Source: Promethearchaeota archaeon
Lineage (GTDB): Archaea > Asgardarchaeota > Thorarchaeia > Thorarchaeales > Thorarchaeaceae
DNA length: 32,000 nt
Direction of reading: 5' to 3'
Assembly (NCBI GenBank): GCA_027031765.1
Contig: JALVPN010000165.1
Coordinates: 1 to 32,000, forward strand
Part shown: positions 1 to 8,093 of the stretch, piece by piece
How the letters are laid out: every line of letters begins with the position of its first letter
Numbering within the stretch: position 1 is the stretch's first letter
The notes under the pieces: generated by a model
Database searches by the model: none
Told to the model about the DNA's origin: nothing
What the model saw: only the letters and a program-made list of their open reading frames with translations
Translations under genes and position numbers: made by a program

Positions 1-200
1 TACTCCTCTGTGGTCTGGGTGTCCTCGATGCCGGTCCTCAATACACGCAGGATTTGCCTGCGCACAGGGTCTGCGAGCTCTCTGGCACGTTCCTCGTCTG
101 TAACGAACTCTATCTCCTTCTGCGGCCGCTTACCCTCCTCAGTGAGTTCTATCCCCGCAAGCGCGTCGGCCGTTTCGCTGAAGAAGTCCGGCTCTGTCAT
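1..200 (-). CDS. ArsR/HTH_20-like winged-helix transcriptional regulator (N-terminal part; runs off window)
   Basis: Not in the ORF track. Manual translation from ATG at 200: MTEPDFFSETADALAGIELTEEGKRPQKEIEFVTDEERARELADPVRRQILRVLRTGIEDTQTTEE; the LADPVRRQILRVL segment matches the ArsR helix-1 pattern. SD GGAGG 7 nt upstream. Confidence 0.7.
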   Translation of the reverse strand, partial: MTEPDFFSETADALAGIELTEEGKRPQKEIEFVTDEERARELADPVRRQILRVLRTGIEDTQTTEE

Positions 201-247
201 TCTCTTTCCTCCGTGCTGGTACACCTATTGTTTTGACGTGTCTACCA

Positions 248-255
248 TTTTAAAA
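248..255 (-). promoter_or_regulatory. TATA box (TTTTAAAA) for the ArsR-like gene
   Basis: AT-rich box about 50 nt upstream of the ATG at 200 in GC-rich DNA. Confidence 0.45.
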
Positions 256-291
256 CTATTGGGGCTGCCGACCAACCAACCGTCATCAATA

Positions 292-360
292 GTTTGTTAG
301 GCAAACCTTTATATGGTTTTGAGTGCACAGCAAACACAGAATAATGTTTGTGCCACAAAC
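292..360 (+). promoter_or_regulatory. Promoter (TTTATAT at 308-314) flanked by two GTTTG-N5-CAAAC palindromes (292-306, 346-360)
   Basis: Both inverted repeats read directly from the sequence, 54 bp apart. The TATA itself sits inside AAACC-TTTATAT-GGTTT. Confidence 0.6.
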
Positions 361-432
361 CATCCTGCGGGGTGACCTGGCCCTGGTGGCAGTGCGGGCT
401 TGCGGGTGCGTGGTGCACAGAGGTGATATGAA

Positions 433-522
433 ATGGCAATGGCAAGGCGGATTAGACGGCGGAACCCGAAACGCAAGGTAATCTCAACAGAAGCAGTCGC
501 AAACGTGTTCTTTTACAGGTAG
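433..522 (+). CDS. Putative 29-aa basic micro-protein MAMARRIRRRNPKRKVISTEAVANVFFYR
   Basis: SD GAGGTG at 420-425, 7 nt before ATG (same spacing as the gene at 14718); upstream TATA and downstream terminator; no family recognised. Confidence 0.45.
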   Translation: MAMARRIRRRNPKRKVISTEAVANVFFYR

Positions 523-645
523 AAAGTCGCAGACGACTGGTATTGGTCGTGCTACCCAGTCCGACATGCAACGACCGGATCTGAAACGACCGGACACGAA
601 AGAACAGGCGGCAGAGAGTGCGAGTGGCCCTTGGAATACTGGTGT

Positions 646-717
646 GGGAGGCAGCTCGACCGCCTCCCCTCTTCTCTCTTTCTCCTCTCCTCTTCTCACC
701 CCCATCTTTTTTCCCCT
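646..717 (+). terminator. Hairpin GGGAGGC-N9-GCCTCCC followed by a ~50-nt pyrimidine tract
   Basis: Perfect 7-bp stem (646-652/662-668), then CT-rich run including TTTTTT; convergent with the stop at 720. Confidence 0.6.
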
Positions 718-719
718 GT

Positions 720-1370
720 CTACATACCGTTGGGAGGCGCCGTGGTGGTGGCTGCCCGCCGTCGCAGGTGTGGGTTCAACATCGGCACCCTCCGTCTGTA
801 GATCCGGTACTCCTCTCCGAACTCTCTCTCCAGCTCTTGTTCCTCTTTCCTGCACATCAGGACTATAGTAAGGACAACGAGTGGAGTTGCAAGGAGGGCA
901 TACAGTGCAGCGAATATCAACGAACAGCCCAGATGTGACAGGACGGCCCCGAGGTACTGCGGGTGCCTAACATGCCCATAGAGCCCACTTGTCACCACAC
1001 TCTCAGGCCTGTGGGTCTCGGACACTCTGAGTGTGAGCTCACGTACGCCCCCCACACCTAACCATGCTCCCGGCAGGATGAATGGCAGTGCGAGGACTAG
1101 GTTGCCCAGCGTCATCGCCCGGCCCACCCATGGGGTGTCCCACAAAGGCATGTCCAGGACCGGGACCATGAATGCGTCCTGTGGTGAGAGCCAGATTCCA
1201 GCTAGGAACAGGAAGTACCCCCATCCGGAAACAATGCCAAGGGCCTCACCAATGTTCTTTCCACGGGCCGGGCCGTACCTCTCCTCCAGTGCCACGTGCT
1301 CTACAGACTTGAAGTGGAGCGGGATCATGGCGAGGTACCCGGTGAGCGACAACAGGAACCAGACGGACAC
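720..1370 (-). CDS. Isoprenylcysteine carboxylmethyltransferase/PEMT-family membrane methyltransferase
   Basis: VVTSGLYGHVRHPQYLG and KEEQELEREFGEEYRIYRRRVP motifs, several TM segments. Start re-picked to GTG 1370 (TTATAA at 1405-1410); ATG 1400 is an alternative. Confidence 0.85.
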   Translation of the reverse strand: MSVWFLLSLTGYLAMIPLHFKSVEHVALEERYGPARGKNIGEALGIVSGWGYFLFLAGIWLSPQDAFMVPVLDMPLWDTPWVGRAMTLGNLVLALPFILPGAWLGVGGVRELTLRVSETHRPESVVTSGLYGHVRHPQYLGAVLSHLGCSLIFAALYALLATPLVVLTIVLMCRKEEQELEREFGEEYRIYRRRVPMLNPHLRRRAATTTAPPNGM

Positions 1371-1664
1371 GCGGACACGCCCGAAACGTGCTGGGCCCAT
1401 TCTGTTATAACTCTCATGTAGGACTGCATGCTCCCGTCGGGTTAGATACAGACTGCACTCCTGAGCGCACACATACCGACAGACCCCACTGGGCCTGGGA
1501 CCTGACATGTCTGGGGGTCTGCCCCCATGTTGCTCAGTGGCCTGTCTGATATGCTCCTCTCCCAGCAGCGCCGACTGCGTGCCATACCCTCAGCCTGCCA
1601 GCCAACACAGCAGTCTTGGCACACTCTCCGCCAGTGGCAGTAGGCACCTTCAGGCATGGTGGGG

Positions 1665-2720
1665 CTAACAGTGGGCCGGGTCAATCCTTGCCATCCGGAG
1701 GTCGTACCCACACGATGCACACCTCCCCATCCTGTCAATGCCAACGCATCTGGATGTGAGCCCGTACCGCTCTACCGCGACGGCCCCGCACTGGGGGCAC
1801 ACTGTGTCCTCAAGTCCACGTTTCCATACGTTGCCGATGTACACGTACTCGAGCCCCACTTCTAGGGCCATCTCCCTCGCCTTGATGAGGACTCCGATGT
1901 CCGTTGGTGGGGCGTGGTACCTGTAGCTTGGGAAGTACCGGTTGACATGCCATGGGATGTGCCTCCCGAGAGTGTCTACAATGCGGCTGGCAATCGCCTC
2001 CAGACAGCCCGTGTCATCACTCAGCCCAGGTACCACCAGCGTTGTGAGCTCTACATGCACCCCACGCCGGAGCATCTGCGCCACGTTCGACCACACCACT
2101 TCAACGTCAATGCCACACTCCCGCCTGACTGCGACACCACAGCCCTTTATGTCCACGTTTGCCGCGTCAAGCCCCGCATCAATCAGTGCGTCCAGCGCTC
2201 TGGGTGTCATATACCCATTCGTGACGACTGTGTTGTAGAGCCCCCTTTCTCTCGCAAGCCGGAAGACCTCAATGTTCCATTCCAACATCAACGTTGCAGC
2301 CTCGTTCAGTGATATCGATGTCCCCTGACTACGCGAGGCTGCGAGGTCAACGAATGTGGCCGGGGGCATGTACCTTGCGTTGGCTGGTGTCGGGAGCACC
2401 TTTGATATCTCGTGGTTCTGGCAGAAGCCGCATGTGGCATTGCAGCCCCAGCTCCCAACGGTCAGTGCAGTGGTTCCCGGAGCGAAGTGGAAGAGCGGCT
2501 TCTTCTCAATCGGGTTGTTGCTGAGAGATGAGATGTTGCCATAGCAGAGTGTGAACAGTGTCCCGCGATGGTTGGCACGCGTCCCACACCTCCCACCCCG
2601 CTCCTCTGGTACTTGGCACCTGTGTGCGCATGTCCCACACATTACAGTCCCGTCGCTCGTCGACTGGAGCAGCCCTCTGTGGATGACTCTGGGGTCGAAC
2701 TCTCCAAGACGTAGTGACAT
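1665..2720 (-). CDS. amrS: AmmeMemoRadiSam-system radical SAM enzyme (PflA-like)
   Basis: CNATCGFC radical SAM motif, N-terminal CxxCxHxC..GxCGxRxN, NPIEKKPLFHF, CQNHEIS, C-terminal CPQCG/CASCG. Start re-picked to ATG 2720. Confidence 0.9.
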   Translation of the reverse strand: MSLRLGEFDPRVIHRGLLQSTSDGTVMCGTCAHRCQVPEERGGRCGTRANHRGTLFTLCYGNISSLSNNPIEKKPLFHFAPGTTALTVGSWGCNATCGFCQNHEISKVLPTPANARYMPPATFVDLAASRSQGTSISLNEAATLMLEWNIEVFRLARERGLYNTVVTNGYMTPRALDALIDAGLDAANVDIKGCGVAVRRECGIDVEVVWSNVAQMLRRGVHVELTTLVVPGLSDDTGCLEAIASRIVDTLGRHIPWHVNRYFPSYRYHAPPTDIGVLIKAREMALEVGLEYVYIGNVWKRGLEDTVCPQCGAVAVERYGLTSRCVGIDRMGRCASCGYDLRMARIDPAHC

Positions 2721-3254
2721 TTGCGCACCTCGCGGTCGTCCCAGACATTGGGGGGCTGTTGAGTACACAGGTGTGAGGTTCCGTGTGTTCATTGTATGTG
2801 CCATGAGTGACAGTGGGTCGTAGCGCTAGTACCGACATGACCACATGGTGGTCCAGTCCCACTCCCTCCTTGTTGCTCACACCATCATAAGTCTAAGTGC
2901 CTGTTGGGCACAGGGCTGCTGATGTTTCTGTTGTAGGGGCCGGTCTCACAATCTCGGGCGACTGCCGCATGGCCCGGCCGTATGTTGTTGGTGTCATGGG
3001 TGCCCCTGTTTCTGTACTGTGACGTGTGGATGTTGGCCGCACCGACCAGTTCCGGAACACACCCCATCCCCAGCATACCCGTGTTCTTACTGCCATGCGC
3101 AATGTGGTCACTGCTGGGTGGTTCAGGTCTTGGCACTGCTCACAGCGATGGGAACCCCTTTGTCGTAGAGTCATGGATGCCTCCTGCGAAACACCCTTTT
3201 TGATGTCCTACGGGGCTGTTATGGGCTGATTCGCGGAGGATGCCTAGAGAAGTC

Positions 3255-3260
3255 TTATAA
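3255..3260 (+). promoter_or_regulatory. TATA box (TTATAA) upstream of histone gene
   Basis: Purine-rich BRE-like GAGAAG just upstream; second TTATAAA at 3290-3296 and GAGG at 3297-3300. Confidence 0.45.
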
Positions 3261-3309
3261 CAAGACTCTGCGGACTTATTTCTACAACCTTATAAAGAGG
3301 CAGTATACA

Positions 3310-3498
3310 ATGCCGGGAAAGCCAAAGTACACATACTTTGTGAAGAAAGCCATTCAAGACTTCGCAAAGGACAATGGAATGATGGTCGGTAGCGATGTCT
3401 ACGACGCCATCAACATGAGAATTCATGAGATGCTACTGGCCGCGGCTCAGCGCTGCAAAGCTAACAACCGGAAAACGCTCAAGGCCCATGACCTATAG
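3310..3498 (+). CDS. Short histone-fold protein (alpha3-truncated, DUF1931/face-to-face-like)
   Basis: 62 aa; L1 MVGSD, long helix 2, C-terminal RCKANNRKTLKAHDL carrying the histone RxTxxxxD motif; protein ends immediately after the Asp. Confidence 0.85.
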   Translation: MPGKPKYTYFVKKAIQDFAKDNGMMVGSDVYDAINMRIHEMLLAAAQRCKANNRKTLKAHDL

Positions 3499-3525
3499 TC
3501 CAACGGCCTGAGTTCCTGACACTAA

Positions 3526-3590
3526 GGGGGGCGGCTGCACATGCTGCCCTCCAAGTGCCCCTCTCCCCCATCCTGCCGGCCTCTTTCTAT
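3526..3590 (+). terminator. GC-rich hairpin (3526-3552) plus pyrimidine tract after histone gene
   Basis: 10-bp stem with two G-U pairs and 7-nt loop, followed by CT-rich sequence; lies between convergent genes. Confidence 0.45.
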
Positions 3591-3675
3591 CTGACCTGCC
3601 ATTCTATGCATGTGCCATAGTGAACGCGGCCAGTGCGATGATCCCCGTCCCTACTATTCCCGGTGTCTAGCTGTC

Positions 3676-4875
3676 CTATCGTGTGGCCTGTAGCTTCTTT
3701 ATCTCCTCAATCAGTGCGGGGACGACTTCGAATAGGTCACCGACAATTCCAAAGTCTGCGACCTCGAATATGGGGGCCTCTGGGTCCTTGTTTATGGCCA
3801 CGATGATGTCCGATGACGACATGCCGGCCAGGTGCTGGATTGCCCCTGAGATGCCCAGTGCGATGTAGAGTCTCGGGCATATTGTGCGTCCCGACTGGCC
3901 GACCTGTTGCGTTGGCGGGAGCCAGCCCAGGTCGACAATCGGCCTTGAGCCACCAACGGCGGCACCGAGGAGGTCTGCAAGTTCTTTTGGGAGCGCCAGG
4001 TTCGATGGGTCCTTTATGCCCCTGCCACTGCTCACCACGATGTCTGCCTCCTCTACTGACCTCATCCCCTCAGTTATCTCACGCACCTTTTCAAGCACTC
4101 TGGTCCTGACCTGGACCGGGTTGATGTTGATGTTGACCCGCTCCACCTCGCCTGTCCTTGTCGGGTCTGGTTCTGATGGTTTGAAGACGTTTGGCCGTAC
4201 GGTCGCCATCTGGGGCCTTGTGTAGGGGCAGAGTATCTCAGCCATGATGTTGCCACCAAAGGCCGGCCGTGTCTGGACGAGCTGGCGCTCATCATCAATG
4301 TCGAGTCCAGTGCAGTCAGCGGTCAGTCCGAGGCCGAGGCGGGCGGCAACTCGTGGTGCAAGGTCTCTGCCGTTATTGGTCGCCCCGAATAGCACGACCG
4401 CCGGTTTGCGTGGTGCGATGAGGGAGGTGACTGCAATCGTGTACGCATCAGTGGTGTAGTCCTTGAACACCTCCTCGTCAATCACGACTACCTTGTCTGC
4501 ACCATGGTGGACTAGGTGTTCGGCAAGGTGTTCTACCTGATATCCAATCAGGAGGGCGACCAAGTGTTCGCCGAGTTTGTCGGCGAGCTCGCGTCCCTTT
4601 GTCACCAGTTCCAGTGCGACATTGCGGAGCCTGCCATCAGTGGTCTCACAGTAGACCCATACGTCCCTGTACTCTGCAATCTTCTCCTTGTCAACAGTTC
4701 TCCTCTCAATCTCTATTGCGTTGACCGGACATACCTCCTCGCAGGAGCCACAGAGGACGCACTTGTCAAGGTCGAACGCGACCTTATCTCCGTCTTTTGA
4801 GATTGCCCCGAAGTTGCAGACCTTGATACATAGCATGCAGCCGGTGCAGGTCTCTCTGTCGTAGAGCAGTGTCAT
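3676..4875 (-). CDS. etfA: Electron transfer flavoprotein alpha subunit with N-terminal 2x[4Fe-4S] ferredoxin domain
   Basis: [11 protein letters not shown] and [12 protein letters not shown] motifs; [44 protein letters not shown]. Confidence 0.95.
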   Translation of the reverse strand: MTLLYDRETCTGCMLCIKVCNFGAISKDGDKVAFDLDKCVLCGSCEEVCPVNAIEIERRTVDKEKIAEYRDVWVYCETTDGRLRNVALELVTKGRELADKLGEHLVALLIGYQVEHLAEHLVHHGADKVVVIDEEVFKDYTTDAYTIAVTSLIAPRKPAVVLFGATNNGRDLAPRVAARLGLGLTADCTGLDIDDERQLVQTRPAFGGNIMAEILCPYTRPQMATVRPNVFKPSEPDPTRTGEVERVNININPVQVRTRVLEKVREITEGMRSVEEADIVVSSGRGIKDPSNLALPKELADLLGAAVGGSRPIVDLGWLPPTQQVGQSGRTICPRLYIALGISGAIQHLAGMSSSDIIVAINKDPEAPIFEVADFGIVGDLFEVVPALIEEIKKLQATR

Positions 4876-4878
4876 TTC

Positions 4879-5670
4879 TCATATCACCCCCTTTTTTGCG
4901 AGGAACTCGACCAGCTTGCGTGCAGCCTCCCTCGGGTCTTCTGCCTCTATCTTCATGCCCCCCTTACGCTTCTCGGGTGGGAACACCTTCCGGACCGTAG
5001 TGGGCGAACCCTTCAGGCCTATTTCATCCTCCGGTAGTCCTAGGGTGTCGGCGTCGACAACCTCAAGGGGTTTCTTCTTTGCCTTCATTATCCCCATGAT
5101 ATTGGGGAGACGCGGTTCGTTCAGGCCTTTTGTCGCTGTGAGCAGGACTGGGAGTCTGGCCCGCACCACCTCGTAGCCCTCGTCAGTTTCCCTGTGCACC
5201 TTGACATGTTTGCCGTCCTCAAGCTCGATGTGCCGCACATAGCATATCTGCGGTATCCCGAGGAACTCGGCAATCTCTGGCCCGACTTGGGCCGTGTCAC
5301 CGTCAATGGCCTGTTTCCCGCAGATCACAAGGTCAAAGGGCTTCATCTTTCCTATCTGCTTCGCAAGAGTACGTGCAGTGGCCCACGTATCTGCACCTGC
5401 GAACCTCGGGTCGGTCAGGTGGACTGCACTGTCTGCACCCATTGCGAGGGCCTTATACAGGGCATCCTTCGCTTGAGGCGGCCCCATTGTTATGACAATC
5501 ACCTCGCCACCATGCTGCTCTTTCAGCTGGATGGCCGCCTCCACCGCAATCTCATCAAACGGGTTCAGGATGCTCGGGACGCCATCGCGGATTAGAGTGC
5601 CGGTCTCAGGGTTAATCTTCACCTCTGCGACTTCGGGAACCTGCTTCACTGGAACTATTACTCTCACCAA
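4879..5670 (-). CDS. etfB: Electron transfer flavoprotein beta subunit
   Basis: VKQVP, LNPFDEIAVEAA, FAGADTWATA, CGKQAIDGDTAQVGP, LNEPRLP; 3 bp from etfA. Start TTG 5670 or GTG 5667. Confidence 0.95.
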   Translation of the reverse strand: MVRVIVPVKQVPEVAEVKINPETGTLIRDGVPSILNPFDEIAVEAAIQLKEQHGGEVIVITMGPPQAKDALYKALAMGADSAVHLTDPRFAGADTWATARTLAKQIGKMKPFDLVICGKQAIDGDTAQVGPEIAEFLGIPQICYVRHIELEDGKHVKVHRETDEGYEVVRARLPVLLTATKGLNEPRLPNIMGIMKAKKKPLEVVDADTLGLPEDEIGLKGSPTTVRKVFPPEKRKGGMKIEAEDPREAARKLVEFLAKKGVI

Positions 5671-5751
5671 TCTGGTAACCCCAATGGCTGTCGAGTTGTG
5701 TGCGTGGAGCTGCCCAACCGAGTTATAAGGGATACGCCAAGGACGATGGGA

Positions 5752-6969
5752 CTAGCCAAGACCAAACATCGCGAGTACAACACCTGCAATTGTCGCCGTC
5801 ACGCCCAGCGCAGCCTCTAACATCTGTGCCTTACGCTCCGCATCCCGTAGGTTGGCCGCCAGTTCGTCCCTCTCATTGACAATCGTTTCCATGCGCTGCC
5901 CGAACAGGCGCTTCATCTCCTCCCCCATGGTCCTGAGTCCTCGTTCGACCTCGTTGAGTGTGATTATTGTTTCTCCAGCGGCCATCAGTGCCCTCAGCAC
6001 AAAGTACGTCGAGTCAAGGTCCGACTTGGCACCGGGCCTGTCACCCCAACCACCATCTACGTTCTGGGTCCTGAGGAAGAAGCTGGCCGCCTGACGTACT
6101 GCGTCCTCTGTCTGGGCCTGTTCAAATGCAAGGGCCAGGACTGCCAGTCCCGTGGTGTCAATCACGCTGGTGTCCTCACGACCCGCCTTAAGTGCAAAGC
6201 CACCGTCCGCCCTCTGACAGCTCAGGAGATACTGCACTCCTTGGTCGATTGCTACAAGTGCGTCCTCGGGTGCGTCCTCAAGGCCCTTGGTGAGGCTCCT
6301 GAGCGCTATGACTGCCATGCTGGTGTGGTCAGCATCGCTCTCGTGGCTCGCCGACCAGCCCCAGCCGCCATCATAGTTCCTCGCCTCTATCAATTCCCTG
6401 ATGATTTCATGTCTTTCTGACACGAGCAGTGTGTCCTTCAGGGCGAGCGCACACATCGCTGTGAGTGCGACCTCCATTGCACCCTCCTCCTCGCCTTCAA
6501 CCGTGAGGCTCTCCCGCCACCGCCCATCACGGTACTTGCCTGCAATGAACCGCTGGCAGGCCTGCAACATGAGGTTCGTCCTGTCAGCTCCGAGTGCCCT
6601 GAGCGCCTGTGCGACTATTGCAGTTGGTCCCAGGGATGGCCCACTGTCTACATAGTACCCGAACCCGCCCGATGGGTGTTGTACCGCACGCAGGTAGTTC
6701 AGGGCCCGCATCGGCGTCGGGTCGTTGATTTCTATGCCGACATGCCCCATCGCGAGCAGGGCGTATCCGGTCATCAATGGAGTGACCTCCTCGTCTTCCA
6801 TCAACGGGAAGCCCCCAGACTCCTGCTGCAGGCCCTTGATGTACTGTATCCCGTCGTTGATTGGTGCTCTCTCAAGGGCGTGGAGGCCTCGCTCATGGAA
6901 CCACTGTGCAGTCCTGCCTATGATTGCGTCAATGTCCGCAATCCCCTCGTCTGCGAAATCTGAAGGCAT
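5752..6969 (-). CDS. Prenyltransferase/squalene-oxidase (QW) repeat protein with C-terminal coiled coil and TM anchor
   Basis: Six QW-like repeats (QQESGGF, QHPSGGFG, YRDGRW, RNYDGGWG, QRADGGF, QNVDGGWG); heptad-rich helix and hydrophobic C-terminus. Alternative start GTG 6984. Confidence 0.8.
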   Translation of the reverse strand: MPSDFADEGIADIDAIIGRTAQWFHERGLHALERAPINDGIQYIKGLQQESGGFPLMEDEEVTPLMTGYALLAMGHVGIEINDPTPMRALNYLRAVQHPSGGFGYYVDSGPSLGPTAIVAQALRALGADRTNLMLQACQRFIAGKYRDGRWRESLTVEGEEEGAMEVALTAMCALALKDTLLVSERHEIIRELIEARNYDGGWGWSASHESDADHTSMAVIALRSLTKGLEDAPEDALVAIDQGVQYLLSCQRADGGFALKAGREDTSVIDTTGLAVLALAFEQAQTEDAVRQAASFFLRTQNVDGGWGDRPGAKSDLDSTYFVLRALMAAGETIITLNEVERGLRTMGEEMKRLFGQRMETIVNERDELAANLRDAERKAQMLEAALGVTATIAGVVLAMFGLG

Positions 6970-7067
6970 CTCTTGGGCCACCACTGATGTTTAAATGGGA
7001 GATTGCACCCACCATCTATTGAGTATTGCGGCCTCCATATGGCCGGACAATCGGTTCGGTGGCACCA

Positions 7068-7859
7068 ATGGCAGACGACAACTACACGGTCGGTTCTATC
7101 GAGCGGGAAACGGTATATGCAGCTATGAGCATTATCGGCATTGACCGCGAGGCCACCGACGCGTACCTCTTCCTGCTCCAAGAAGGCTCCTCTCCAGTCG
7201 AGCGGATACCAATTGCGCCGCACCGTAAGATGCGAGTGTTACAACTACTCGTATCGAAGGGTCTTGTCACCGCTTCTCGTGGGGGACAGTACACGGCACG
7301 TGATGCTGAACTGGTCCTGCGTGCCACCGTTGACGAGTTCACACGCAACGCCCGACTGATTGAAAAGGCGATTGCTGAGCTCGAGCTCACTGGCAGGAGT
7401 AGTAGGACCCGGTCCCTCAACACCAGCGAAGAGTTCTATCAGTGGGAGACCCGTCTGGTCAGGCGCACAGTCGCCAGCATCTGCGCCCTCACGGTCAGGC
7501 TGAAACTGCTATGGCTGATGCGGGAGGAGCTCAGGGAGCAAATCGAGTCGGCAGGGATTGATGTGCGTATCATCGGTGACATCCACACCCAAGAGACCTT
7601 TGACCGTGCCGTCGCCCTTGAGGACGCAGGAGCAGAAGTGCGGCACAACCCTGCAGCCAACGAAATGCTCCGTTTCGTCCTGTTCGACAAGAACAGCGTG
7701 CTCTTTGGTTTCCGCAACCCCAGTGACCCTGCCCGTCACATTGGCGCGTGGATCAGGTCGGAACCCTTCGTTGAACCACTGTTGATGCAGTTCGAGTCTG
7801 TCTGGAGCAAGGCTGAGCCCCCAGAGGTTTGGCGGAAGTTCGAGTTCAACTCACCGTGA
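7068..7859 (+). CDS. TrmB-family transcriptional regulator (wHTH plus PLD-like effector domain)
   Basis: N-terminal IGIDREATDAYLFLL..LQLLVSKGLV helix pattern; C-terminal VRH...RFVLFDKNSVLFG...FESVWSKA. Divergent from the QW-repeat gene across TTTAAA at 6990-6995. Confidence 0.75.
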   Translation: MADDNYTVGSIERETVYAAMSIIGIDREATDAYLFLLQEGSSPVERIPIAPHRKMRVLQLLVSKGLVTASRGGQYTARDAELVLRATVDEFTRNARLIEKAIAELELTGRSSRTRSLNTSEEFYQWETRLVRRTVASICALTVRLKLLWLMREELREQIESAGIDVRIIGDIHTQETFDRAVALEDAGAEVRHNPAANEMLRFVLFDKNSVLFGFRNPSDPARHIGAWIRSEPFVEPLLMQFESVWSKAEPPEVWRKFEFNSP

Positions 7860-8093
7860 GTGACCGGAGACTGGGGGAGTCTATATTCGACCGGGCGGGG
7901 TACGGTCGTGTCCGCACGGGCCAGGGTATCCCTGCTGTCTTCAGTCTAGTATAGGGTCCTGTCGGGGCCGGTGGTAGCGCTGGCCACATCTGGTGCACTC
8001 TCAGTAGGTGTGGTACCCACAATGGCCCGCTGTGGCAATCGGCGCAATCGCTACCCTTTTTATCGTGGAGTGGGCCGGCAGCAGTGACCTGCG

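Noticed and set aside
520-522. Pyrrolysine readthrough of the micro-ORF amber codon
   Set aside because: The downstream frame stays open but runs through the terminator and low-complexity tract and looks non-protein-like; no pyl genes in the window.
340-670. SRP RNA, RNase P RNA or a known riboswitch
   Set aside because: Size fits, but I could not find SRP helix-8, RNase P GAGGAA-GUCC/P4, or TPP, FMN, SAM, cobalamin or fluoride consensus motifs.
1442-1657. Cys-rich minus-strand ORF between amrS and the ICMT-like gene
   Set aside because: No recognisable motif or SD; composition resembles random GC-rich intergenic sequence.
1665-2720. Radical SAM enzyme as a RiPP maturase for the micro-ORF
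   Set aside because: Motifs identify it as the AmmeMemoRadiSam family, with no SPASM domain or RRE; it is on the opposite strand with another gene between.
2885-3203. Three overlapping 73-93 aa ORFs upstream of amrS, one with a GGAGG before ATG 3174
   Set aside because: None resembles a protein family or has convincing composition; cannot choose between them; left as intergenic.
720-6969. ICMT-like plus prenyltransferase-fold genes as a CAAX prenylation pathway
   Set aside because: Genes are over 4 kb apart in separate units, the barrel lacks the DxCY zinc motif, no alpha subunit or CAAX-ending substrate is seen, and ICMT/PEMT-like genes are common in prokaryotes.
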